From assembly GCA_001871495.1 (NCBI GenBank), contig MNVG01000044.1:74-64073 (forward strand): a stretch of 64,000 nucleotides of DNA. Reading direction: 5' to 3'. This DNA is from Candidatus Micrarchaeota archaeon CG1_02_51_15. Lineage in GTDB: Archaea > Micrarchaeota > Micrarchaeia > Norongarragalinales > UBA8480. Below the pieces are notes generated by a model. The model was not told the origin of the DNA and searched no databases. It saw only the letters and a list, made by a program, of their open reading frames with translations. Shown here one piece after another: positions 56,566 through 64,000 of this stretch (within the stretch, counting starts at the first letter, position 1; each line of letters begins with the position of its first letter). The translations under genes and the position numbers were made by a program.

Positions 56566-58509
56566 TCAGCCTCCGAACACCGGCCTCTTTGACAGCAGCA
56601 CGGGCAGCGAGAGTTTTTCGAATGGTTTTGAACCGGTTTCGTCCCGGATCAGGCCGCCGAGTTGTTTTGCGGAGAGTTTTTCGTTCTTGCCGCTTGAGCG
56701 CACGCGGACGCTCAGCGTTTTTGAGGCAACTTCTTTTTCGCCGACAACTGCAACGAACGGAACCCACTCGAGTTCGGCTGCCCTTACTTTTTTCTGCAGG
56801 GTTTCGGAACGGTCGTCCAAGTCCACGCGTACGTTCATTGCGCGCAGTTCCTGCAACAGCTCGCGGCAGTAGTCCAATTGGGCGTCGGAAACCGATACGA
56901 TGCGCACCTGCGTGGGCGAGAGCCACAGCGGGAATGAAGGGGTTTTACCTGCCTTGATTTTCATTGCTTCGCGTTCGAGTATTGCGTAGATGACGCGTTC
57001 TATTGCGCCGGGAATGGAGGCGTGGAGTATTAACGGCCTTTTTTTCTTGCCGTCTTTGTCCACGAATGAAATGTCGTAAGTGTCGGCGTTTTCCACATCG
57101 ATTTGTACCGTGCTTAATCCCGATGCCTTGTTGGCCGAGTCGACGAAGTTCATTTCGAACTTGGTTATGAAGTAGGCGTAGCGTTCGTCGAAGAGTTCAA
57201 GCAGCATTGGTTTGCCGAAGTGTTTTGCCATCCGTTGGTACCATTCTTTGTGCTTGTTGAAGAAGTCGGTTTGCGCACGGAAGGCGACTTCAATTGGAAT
57301 GCCCAAGTCGATGTTCCACTCCGCGCTTTTGCGGAATTGGCTTTCGAACTCTTCTTTTGCCTGTTCGTCGTCCGCGCAGACGGTGTGCATATCCGGCATT
57401 GAAAACGCCCTGAGGCGTTTGAGACCCGTGAGTTCGCCGGATTGTTCGCGGCGGAACGAGTAGTGTGTGAGCTCATACATTTTGAGAGGAAGGTCTTTGT
57501 AGGAAATGGTCATGTCGTGCGTTATGAGGAATTGGCCGAAACACGCGGCAAAGCGCAGGAAAAACTCTTTTTCATCCGATTTTACTACGTACTGGCGGGC
57601 GGGAAAGCGGTTTAAGTATTTCTTTAGTGCAGGGTGTTCGTAGTCGTACATTATCGGGGTTTCGACTTGCATGGCGCCGTAATCCACGAGTATTTCGTTT
57701 ATTGCGCGCTCGAGCAGGCGTTTTATCAACAGCCCTTTGGGCAGCCAGCGGAAGTGGCCCGAGTCGCTTGCCGGCTCGTACTGTACCAAGTCGTGTTCTT
57801 TCATGAGTTTGATGTGCGGCGGCTCTTGGGAGTAGACGCGGACTTTCTTTATTTCGTAGTCTGCAAACTTCTTGAGGCCGTCGTGTCCTTTGAAATCGAA
57901 CGACGACGCGTCAACCCCCCTGCCATCTGGGGTCAGGATGTAGAAGCGGCTAATCATTTTTTCCTCTTGCTTGAGGGACTCTGAAACCGCGTTTTCCAAT
58001 GCGGGCTTGCGGCCGGGTTCAATAACCACTTCACGGGATTCTACCACCTTGCCGCTTGACGCTGCAAGCGCGGCCTTGAGCCCGGTTTCCGATGAAATTG
58101 TTTTACTCAGTTCGCTTAACGGGTGTCCTTTGCACTTTAGTTCGAATGACTTGTACCAGCCAAACGGGCTTTTTTTTGCAGCAGAACAGAACGACTTGCA
58201 TGCAGAATAGAACTTGTTTAGCACGCTTATTGCTTCAGAGGGTCTGGCAAGGCTGTTTGACAAGTGCGCGTAGGGGTAGATCAGGAGGTTGAGTGCTCTT
58301 ACTTCACGGAAGTTTTTTTCAACCTGATGGACTGCGTCGGCAATTACTGCGTCGTTGTCTCCGGCTTCTATGGTCGTGAAAACCACTAGCACGTTTTCGA
58401 GCCGTACTCCCTTCTTCTGCTCGTCAGTGGCTTCTTCTGCGCCGTTTTTCATGGCTTTTTCGCGTGCAGCGTACTGCGCATAGTCACAGTGAAGTTCCAA
58501 CAATCGCAT
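56566..58509 (-). CDS. thrS: Threonyl-tRNA synthetase, archaeal type with an N-terminal archaea-specific editing domain
   Basis: Class II motifs (FRREQSGELTGLKRLRAF, motif 3 region), a C-terminal anticodon-binding domain, and an N-terminal ~140-aa editing domain starting MRLLELHCDYAQY. Confidence 0.85.
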   Translation of the reverse strand: MRLLELHCDYAQYAAREKAMKNGAEEATDEQKKGVRLENVLVVFTTIEAGDNDAVIADAVHQVEKNFREVRALNLLIYPYAHLSNSLARPSEAISVLNKFYSACKSFCSAAKKSPFGWYKSFELKCKGHPLSELSKTISSETGLKAALAASSGKVVESREVVIEPGRKPALENAVSESLKQEEKMISRFYILTPDGRGVDASSFDFKGHDGLKKFADYEIKKVRVYSQEPPHIKLMKEHDLVQYEPASDSGHFRWLPKGLLIKRLLERAINEILVDYGAMQVETPIMYDYEHPALKKYLNRFPARQYVVKSDEKEFFLRFAACFGQFLITHDMTISYKDLPLKMYELTHYSFRREQSGELTGLKRLRAFSMPDMHTVCADDEQAKEEFESQFRKSAEWNIDLGIPIEVAFRAQTDFFNKHKEWYQRMAKHFGKPMLLELFDERYAYFITKFEMNFVDSANKASGLSTVQIDVENADTYDISFVDKDGKKKRPLILHASIPGAIERVIYAILEREAMKIKAGKTPSFPLWLSPTQVRIVSVSDAQLDYCRELLQELRAMNVRVDLDDRSETLQKKVRAAELEWVPFVAVVGEKEVASKTLSVRVRSSGKNEKLSAKQLGGLIRDETGSKPFEKLSLPVLLSKRPVFGG

Positions 58510-58578
58510 AATCCAATAACACCTGTAAAATATAGTCTACGAAATGGCTTTAATGCATTGCTCTGAGCCCATTGGCGG

Positions 58579-59568
58579 TTACTTATCCAACGCGGATTTA
58601 AGGTTTTCTACCATTTGCACTGGAAACGGGTCTTGGCCGTAGGCCAAAGCAGTGTAGTAGCCTGCAAGCATGAATAGCAAGACGGAATAGAAAATGCGTT
58701 GCATCGAGTTGCTTCCTTTGAGTTCCAGGTCGGTCACGGTTGCGCCTTTTTCCTGCATTAGCGCGCGGGTTATTTGCATTCTTTTTTTTACGCGCGGGTG
58801 GTCGTCAGTCGAGTGCAGGAAAAAGAAGTGGAATTTTTCGGCAAAACGCGTGAACCCTACTAGCTCATTGTGGTTCGACTCTGGAAAAACATTCCAGAAT
58901 GAGGGAACCTTGCCGTTTTCGTTGAACGCGATTTTCGCAATCCTTGCAGCAGGCCATAACTCTGTCGAACAATAGAGTACGGGAATTTTGTCAAATGATG
59001 CGGCAGCGCATTGCTGCGCCAAAGACTCAACGGCAGGTTTTTCTTTTTCAATAAACAGAGCGACTTCAAGCACTTTGTTAGAAACCCCGGAAATTCCAGC
59101 TGCTTCAAGTGCTTTTGCACATGCGGCAAACTGGTAGCCTAGTGCAATGCGGGGCTGTATTCCTTTAGGAACGGCGGCAAACGGGATTCCGTTGCGTTCT
59201 GCGAATTCCTTGAGCTTTCCGCCGCTGGCAACCGCCACAATAGGGCAACCGAGCTCAAGCGCCTGCTGCGCACAATCAATCGTCTCTTCTGTATTGCCAG
59301 AGTAAGAAACCGCAATCAACAAGTCTTGTTTCGAAATGCCGTTTGGCAGGCCGTAGTCCTTGTGTACGGACATACTGGCAGCGGGAAAACAGGCGACTGC
59401 AATGTCGCCTGGCAGTGCACTGCCGCCCATGCCCGCAAAAAAAACTTTTCGCGGTTTAGCCGCAACAACCAACGCGTTTCCGACTTCAAGGCCTTTTGCA
59501 AACTGATTAGGAAAATCAAGGAGGATTGCCTTCATTCCTTTTTTATCCAGGCTTTCGTCGAACTCCAA
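58579..59568 (-). CDS. Bifunctional phosphoglucose/phosphomannose isomerase (SIS domain)
   Basis: The SIS block GMGGSALPGDI, an AVSYSGNTEETI-type motif, and the ~330-aa size match archaeal PGI/PMI. Confidence 0.7.
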   Translation of the reverse strand: MEFDESLDKKGMKAILLDFPNQFAKGLEVGNALVVAAKPRKVFFAGMGGSALPGDIAVACFPAASMSVHKDYGLPNGISKQDLLIAVSYSGNTEETIDCAQQALELGCPIVAVASGGKLKEFAERNGIPFAAVPKGIQPRIALGYQFAACAKALEAAGISGVSNKVLEVALFIEKEKPAVESLAQQCAAASFDKIPVLYCSTELWPAARIAKIAFNENGKVPSFWNVFPESNHNELVGFTRFAEKFHFFFLHSTDDHPRVKKRMQITRALMQEKGATVTDLELKGSNSMQRIFYSVLLFMLAGYYTALAYGQDPFPVQMVENLKSALDK

Positions 59569-59589
59569 TCCGCATTACCTCCATTAAGT

Positions 59590-60972
59590 TTAGGCCGCCA
59601 ATACTTTTTGAACAACGTAATTCGGGTTGAAGGCAATGAGTTCTTCGTACGCCTGGCCCACGCCCACAAATAAGATAGGCAAACGCGTTTCATAGGCTAT
59701 TGAAAGAGAGTTGCCTCCTTTTGCGTCGCAATCCAGTTTAGTAAGTACGAGTGCGTCAAGCCCTATTGCTTCGTTGAATTTTTTTACTTGCTCCACCAAT
59801 GCGTTGCCGGAAATGGCTTCGCCAACGAAAACTTTGAGGTCGGGTTTTACCACCCGGTTGATTTTCTCCATTTCCTTCACCAAGTTTACGTTGGTCTCCT
59901 GCCGTCCAGCAGTGTCTATGAGCACGCAGTCTGCGCCGGTTGACTTTGCGTGCGCGATTGCGTCGAATGCAACTGCTGCAGGGTCTGCGCCGTAAGATTG
60001 GCGGATGACTTTAACCCCTAATTTTTCGCCGTGGTGGAAGGACTGTTCGATTGCAGCAGCGCGGAAGGTATCGCTTGCCGAAATAACCGGGACTAAGCCG
60101 CTTTGCTTAAGCAGAAAAACGATTTTCGCAATAGTAGTAGTTTTGCCTGCTCCGTTGGGGCCTACGAACAATGCCACAAACGGCTTTCCCTTATCGCGCG
60201 TTTTAACTAATGCAATCAAGTCCAACGGCTTGACCGCTGAAAGAGTTTGCAGCAGTGCCGCGGCCACTTCGGCTTTTACCGCGTCTTGCAAGCCGTCTTT
60301 GGCGATTTTTTTGCCGACTATCCTGCGCTTTAACTCCGTAACCAGGAACTCGGCAGTGCCGAAACTCACGTCGCTCTCAAGCAACGCGACTTCAAGCTCG
60401 CCAAACAACTCGCGCGTTTCTTCTTCAGAGATGGTGACTTCCGAAGAGAAAACTGACTTTAATTTGGCGAGAACGCCGAGTTTGGGCGCCAACTCCCTTT
60501 GCTTTTCGGGGGGCTTGGGTTCTTGCGGCTTGTGCGAATCGACTGCAATCGAAACGGGTTTTGCAACGGTTTCAATTCGTGCGTCCGGCTTCGGTTGCTC
60601 AACCGGTTTTACTTCTTTAACAACGGGCGCGATGCGTTCAACTGGTTTTACTCTCGGTTCAGGTTGCTTTTGCACAACCAATGACCGAGTCACCGGTTCT
60701 TCAACAACCTCTTGCTTTTGCTGTTCATTAATAGGTTCGACTTGAATTGGTTCAGGCTGGCTTGGAAATGGCTCGGCTTTTGCAACGGGGGTAACCGGCA
60801 CGAACTGCGTTTCTTTTTCCGGTTTTGACGCTGTAGCCGGGGTTGAAGACGCTTCAGCTGCAGGTTGGGAAACGTCTTTTAGCGGCTCTTGGCTTTCCTC
60901 CTTTTTTCCAGCTATTGCAGAAACGAAGGAAGAAAGTTTTTTCTTAAGTAAATCAAACAAACGAAAAACCAC
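59590..60972 (-). CDS. ftsY: Signal recognition particle receptor FtsY
   Basis: C-terminal NG domain with GxxGxGKTT (FVGPNGAGKTTTIAKI), DTAGR, and TKLD motifs. The N-terminal region carries PV/KP-rich repeats. Confidence 0.85.
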   Translation of the reverse strand: MVFRLFDLLKKKLSSFVSAIAGKKEESQEPLKDVSQPAAEASSTPATASKPEKETQFVPVTPVAKAEPFPSQPEPIQVEPINEQQKQEVVEEPVTRSLVVQKQPEPRVKPVERIAPVVKEVKPVEQPKPDARIETVAKPVSIAVDSHKPQEPKPPEKQRELAPKLGVLAKLKSVFSSEVTISEEETRELFGELEVALLESDVSFGTAEFLVTELKRRIVGKKIAKDGLQDAVKAEVAAALLQTLSAVKPLDLIALVKTRDKGKPFVALFVGPNGAGKTTTIAKIVFLLKQSGLVPVISASDTFRAAAIEQSFHHGEKLGVKVIRQSYGADPAAVAFDAIAHAKSTGADCVLIDTAGRQETNVNLVKEMEKINRVVKPDLKVFVGEAISGNALVEQVKKFNEAIGLDALVLTKLDCDAKGGNSLSIAYETRLPILFVGVGQAYEELIAFNPNYVVQKVLAA

Positions 60973-61041
60973 TTCCGTAATATAAGTAAAGAACCTAATC
61001 TTAAAAAGGCCCTAAATCCAACGCGTGGTCGCACGGCGGTC

Positions 61042-61497
61042 TTACTGGCCTTGGATTGACGCTGCTTTTTCCTCAATAGCCTGGATCGAACGGCCTGCCG
61101 ACATTAGTTCGTTTTGCATTCCTTCTGCTGCTTTGGAAAGCCGTTCCTTCTTTTGGACAAGCGATGCCAGTGCGTCTGCAATCTTTTTTTCGGTAATCAC
61201 GCGGCCGCCCACTTCAACCAAGACGACGTGCTTGTCTGCAACCTTGGCTTTAGCCATTACTCCCGAACCCAGTGGAACGAGCAGTTCGTCCGACTTTTCT
61301 AATTCGGCAACCGCGGCTGAAGCAGCGTCGTTTTCTGCCAAAAGAGCTTGGATTTGCTGAAGCTGCTGCTGCAGTTCGCCTGCGCGCTGTTGAAACATGC
61401 GGTAATCATATTCCATTCGCGCAAGTTCCTCGTCTTTCTTGCCTCCTTTGTAGTGGGAACCGCAGTCCCCGCATTCGCAAGAATCTTTTCCAGCCAT
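61042..61497 (-). CDS. pfdA: Prefoldin alpha subunit
   Basis: Coiled coil, two beta-hairpin region (LVPLGSGVMAKAKV...VLVEVGGRVI), coiled coil. The canonical start may be the internal MEYDYRMF at 61416. The upstream 27 aa contain CECGDCGSH. Confidence 0.65.
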   Translation of the reverse strand: MAGKDSCECGDCGSHYKGGKKDEELARMEYDYRMFQQRAGELQQQLQQIQALLAENDAASAAVAELEKSDELLVPLGSGVMAKAKVADKHVVLVEVGGRVITEKKIADALASLVQKKERLSKAAEGMQNELMSAGRSIQAIEEKAASIQGQ

Positions 61498-61527
61498 TTT
61501 CCAACCACCTTTTTTTACTTTAAAACA

Positions 61528-62187
61528 TCACTCGTACTCGAATGCGTCGTAAATCCTCTGCAGTTCGAAACCAGTCGTAAGCGAACCGACTGCAGCTCCC
61601 TTGGAGTTGGCAGCCATGCACAAGCCGCTGCAAGACGAACCCAAGTTCGCAGTCCCCTTACCTATTTGAGCCTTGAACACTTTGCGCAAGAACTTCAAAT
61701 CCGTTTCGGAAGCATCGTTGCAGGCAAAAACGCCTTTGTTAGTAACAACATTAGACGAGCCAACCGTGTTAATTCCCGCGATAGTGTGCTGAAACACCTC
61801 GACGCCCAGGCAATCTGCTATTGTCCGCACGTTCTTGCGAGGCACCAACGGACTAACTAACGCGGCCCTGTCGTTTGCCAAAATATTGTTGCCGGGCGCA
61901 AAACATGCAAGCCGCGACACGTTAAGCCCTTCTTTCTTAAGCAAACGGATTTCTTCTGCTTCGGCAAAGTCCGGCAGAATCACTCCGTTCGAATTCATGA
62001 CCGCAAGCAACCCTACTAAAGGAGACTGGTCTACGAACAACCTGACCGCTTTCACTTCCAATGCTTTGGAAACGGTTTCAACAAAGTTTTGCGGCGCGTG
62101 CTTCGAACACAGCACGAGCCGTTCGCTGGCCCTTAAAAACAAGCCTATGAAAGGATTTTTTTGCAGAGACAGCCGAGCAACAGACAT
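61528..62187 (-). CDS. eif6: Translation initiation factor 6 (aIF6)
   Basis: NPFIGLF N-terminus, five-fold pseudo-repeat, 219 aa. Confidence 0.85.
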   Translation of the reverse strand: MSVARLSLQKNPFIGLFLRASERLVLCSKHAPQNFVETVSKALEVKAVRLFVDQSPLVGLLAVMNSNGVILPDFAEAEEIRLLKKEGLNVSRLACFAPGNNILANDRAALVSPLVPRKNVRTIADCLGVEVFQHTIAGINTVGSSNVVTNKGVFACNDASETDLKFLRKVFKAQIGKGTANLGSSCSGLCMAANSKGAAVGSLTTGFELQRIYDAFEYE

Positions 62188-62200
62188 TTTATCAAACCGG

Positions 62201-62749
62201 TTAAGGCACCAGTTCCGCCAGAACCAGTCCCTCCTTGTCCTTGGAAGCTTTTACCTTTATTTTTTTGGGAGGATGCGTGCTTCCTCGGGCAAAAACGGCT
62301 TCGCAAATCACCGAATTAAGCTTTACCTTGTCTTCAGAAGCCTTGAAGTGCCTAGCGAGAAACCCGCGGATCAGCTTGATTGCACGGTTGCCGCGTTTGC
62401 ATTCAGGCCTTGCGTACGCTTTTATCAACGGAATCACGTAATTGCGTTCAAGCACTATAACCCGCTTTTTTTCCTCTTTTTCGGATTCTTCCTTCTTTGT
62501 GCCTTCCTTCTTGGAATCCTTTTTAGCCGACTCTTTCTTGGCGGCTTCCTTCTTAACCGAATCGGGCTTGCGCTCTTCCTTTTTAGCTTCGGCAGCGGCT
62601 TCCACCCTCTTTTCGGGAGCCGAATCCGCAGATGCCTTGGCCGCAGTTTCCTCGGCCTTCAAGGCAACTTCCTTGGCCTTCTCCTGTTCTTCTACTTTCT
62701 GGATTTTCTCCAAAGCCTGCGACGGCTTCGGTTGTTCAGCACCACTCAT
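62201..62749 (-). CDS. rpl31e: Ribosomal protein L31e with a ~95-aa Lys/Glu/Ala-rich N-terminal extension
   Basis: C-terminal RVIVLERNYVIPLIKAYARPECKRGNRAIKLIRGFLARHF...VKLNSVICEAVFARG matches the L31e core. The N-terminal half is a low-complexity KAE-rich tract with no internal start. Confidence 0.75.
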   Translation of the reverse strand: MSGAEQPKPSQALEKIQKVEEQEKAKEVALKAEETAAKASADSAPEKRVEAAAEAKKEERKPDSVKKEAAKKESAKKDSKKEGTKKEESEKEEKKRVIVLERNYVIPLIKAYARPECKRGNRAIKLIRGFLARHFKASEDKVKLNSVICEAVFARGSTHPPKKIKVKASKDKEGLVLAELVP

Positions 62750-62788
62750 TCAAAACACCACCGACAAAATTTAAACATTTTGACCCGC

Positions 62789-62953
62789 TTACTTTATTTT
62801 CACGTCAAGCTTCTTGTGACGCCAGCTCCTCGCGCGCGGATTGCGCGTGAGCTTGCGCGCCGTGCGCGCGATAACGAAAACGGGCAAGCGCCGGTTGCGC
62901 TTTACCGCCATCGATAAAACCAGTTTTTTTGCAGCAGACTTGTTCTTTGCCAT
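62789..62953 (-). CDS. rpl39e: Ribosomal protein L39e (54 aa; not in the supplied ORF track)
   Basis: Translation from ATG at 62953: MAKNKSAAKKLVLSMAVKRNRRLPVFVIARTARKLTRNPRARSWRHKKLDVKIK. It lies between the PDCD5-like gene and rpl31e, as in other archaea. Confidence 0.75.
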   Translation of the reverse strand: MAKNKSAAKKLVLSMAVKRNRRLPVFVIARTARKLTRNPRARSWRHKKLDVKIK

Positions 62954-62996
62954 TTTCCTCAATTCTCCCCCTGTTTTTTATCCCTTTTTTCAATCG

Positions 62997-63323
62997 TCAC
63001 TTGCTTTCCCGCCTTATCGAGACTTCCCTGCGCCCGGCCAGCAAACGGCCCGCAAGCGCCTTCAACAACTCTTCCGAAACCTTTCCTCTTAACTCGCCGC
63101 GCTGGTATAACATTCCTACCAGGGACGACAGCTTCAAGTACAAGTCCGGGTTCGACAAACGGATGTTGGAAAGCCGCTCGTACGCGGAAGGTTCAAGAAG
63201 CTGGCGCAAAAGCGCACGCCGCTGCAACTCTGCCTCGCGCGCGGCCTGAAACTCCGCCAACCTCCGGAAATGCGGGTCGCGACCGCTTCCATCGCCGTCG
63301 GCAGAAGCACTTGCTTCCTCCAA
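62997..63323 (-). CDS. DNA-binding protein of the PDCD5/TFAR19 family
   Basis: ~108 aa with EAELQRRALLRQLLEPSAYERLSNIRLSNPDLYLKLSSLVGMLYQRGEL, characteristic of the archaeal PDCD5-like protein encoded next to rps19e. Confidence 0.7.
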   Translation of the reverse strand: MEEASASADGDGSGRDPHFRRLAEFQAAREAELQRRALLRQLLEPSAYERLSNIRLSNPDLYLKLSSLVGMLYQRGELRGKVSEELLKALAGRLLAGRREVSIRRESK

Positions 63324-63332
63324 TTAACCAAA

Positions 63333-63752
63333 TCACCCTTTTTTCTCCATGACCGCAGCGGTCTTGTCCAACAACGCCCTGCCCTTACTGGAAATCCTGC
63401 GGCCGACCTTCTGCTTCTCCATCAAACCAGCTTTTTCAAGCTGTTGGAGAGCCAAACGGATTGCCTTGCCGCCAGACTTAACGTGATGTGCATGGGAAAC
63501 AACGTGCTCGCGCCTGCCGCCGTACTTGTTGCGCAAGCGACGCACGCCAATCACTCCATCGCTTTTATACCCAGTGCGAAGCAGTGAAGCGCACCGAACG
63601 AACCAGCCGTCCGCCTTCTCGGGAACGCGCTCGGCATGCGGCCCCATTTTAACCAAGCCATACCATGCAGGAGCCTTGATTTCCGAAGATTTCTTCAACT
63701 CAACCGCAACAGCCTCAACCAAGGCAGTAGCGGGAACATCCAATGCAGCCAA
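63333..63752 (-). CDS. rps19e: Ribosomal protein S19e
   Basis: 139 aa. PAWYGLVKMGPHAERVP...DGWFVRCASLLR...GGRREHVVSHAHHV matches S19e. Confidence 0.8.
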   Translation of the reverse strand: MAALDVPATALVEAVAVELKKSSEIKAPAWYGLVKMGPHAERVPEKADGWFVRCASLLRTGYKSDGVIGVRRLRNKYGGRREHVVSHAHHVKSGGKAIRLALQQLEKAGLMEKQKVGRRISSKGRALLDKTAAVMEKKG

Positions 63753-63827
63753 CTAAACACTCACCTCAAAGCCAAACTAAAATCGTTACTCACAACTTAC
63801 AAGCCAGCCACGGCTTAAATTACAAAA

Positions 63828-63846
63828 GGCGTTCTGAAAGAACGCC
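63828..63846 (-). terminator. Stem-loop (7-bp GC-rich stem, 5-nt loop) followed by a T-rich tract on the minus strand
   Basis: GGCGTTC-TGAAA-GAACGCC lies ~45 nt downstream of the partial minus-strand CDS stop. On that strand it is followed by TTTTGTAATTT. Confidence 0.4.
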
Positions 63847-63892
63847 AAATTGGCAAACAATATTTTCCTCGCACTACTATTAAATAGTTGGC

Positions 63893-64000
63893 TTACGCCC
63901 CTTCGAGCGCAGCTTCCCTTGCAACCACTGCTTTCGCAAGCACACTCCAAGCGCACAGGGGCTCGTGCGCAACCGAAACTTTTTTGCAGCCTTCAAGGCA
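63893..64000 (-). CDS. Partial CDS (C-terminus only) running off the window edge. Cys-containing tail.
   Basis: In-frame ...CLEGCKKVSVAHEPLCAWSVLAKAVVAREAALEGA* ending at the TAA complement at 63893-63895, followed by a hairpin. Confidence 0.25.
   Translation of the reverse strand, partial: CLEGCKKVSVAHEPLCAWSVLAKAVVAREAALEGA

Noticed and set aside
62805-62993. 62-aa minus-strand ORF listed in the track
   Set aside because: A different frame over the same nucleotides encodes a textbook ribosomal protein L39e (62789-62953), so the listed ORF is spurious.
1-64000. Search for a CRISPR array, cas genes, rRNA, transposases or integrases
   Set aside because: No regularly spaced direct repeats, no Cas-like proteins (a Cas2-like N-terminal resemblance at 36976-37080 does not extend), no rRNA-like conserved stretches, and no DDE/tyrosine recombinase motifs were seen.

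Overview
This 64-kb window is an archaeal chromosomal segment of roughly 55-58% GC. Genes are densely packed on both strands, several starts are preceded by GGAGG-like ribosome-binding sites, and GTG/TTG starts occur. Most of it is housekeeping: ELP3, a class I CCA-adding enzyme, AsnRS, ThrRS, aEF-1beta, PTH2, Pelota, ABCE1, the RFC small subunit, an e-MtaB methylthiotransferase, FtsY, prefoldin alpha, aIF6, and ribosomal proteins L31e, L39e and S19e. There are also DNA-repair genes (Rad50, XPD, HerA, NurA) and a glycogen-metabolism cluster (debranching enzyme, GT4, GH57, glycogen synthase).

The accessory or unusual content is as follows. A type IV filament (Tad/Epd-like) locus carries an ATPase, two TadC-like membrane proteins and two short Flp-like pilins. 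About 4 kb downstream, a beta-helix adhesin carries the same pilin-like leader. A membrane-anchored SGNH-hydrolase/M23-peptidase fusion sits beside a VapBC-like pair. A nucleotidyltransferase-metallophosphoesterase fusion is co-oriented with XPD and convergent on herA-nurA. Rad50 has no adjacent Mre11. An AsnA-like aaRS paralog lies next to a non-canonical radical-SAM-like gene. A tRNA-Arg(GCG) appears to carry two introns. Two small genes form a tandem duplication. There is one intergenic stretch with degenerate repeat ORFs. Several genes lack a canonical start codon upstream of conserved N-terminal segments. No CRISPR array, rRNA or transposase was seen. All calls rest on motif-level reading of the translations; no database search was run.
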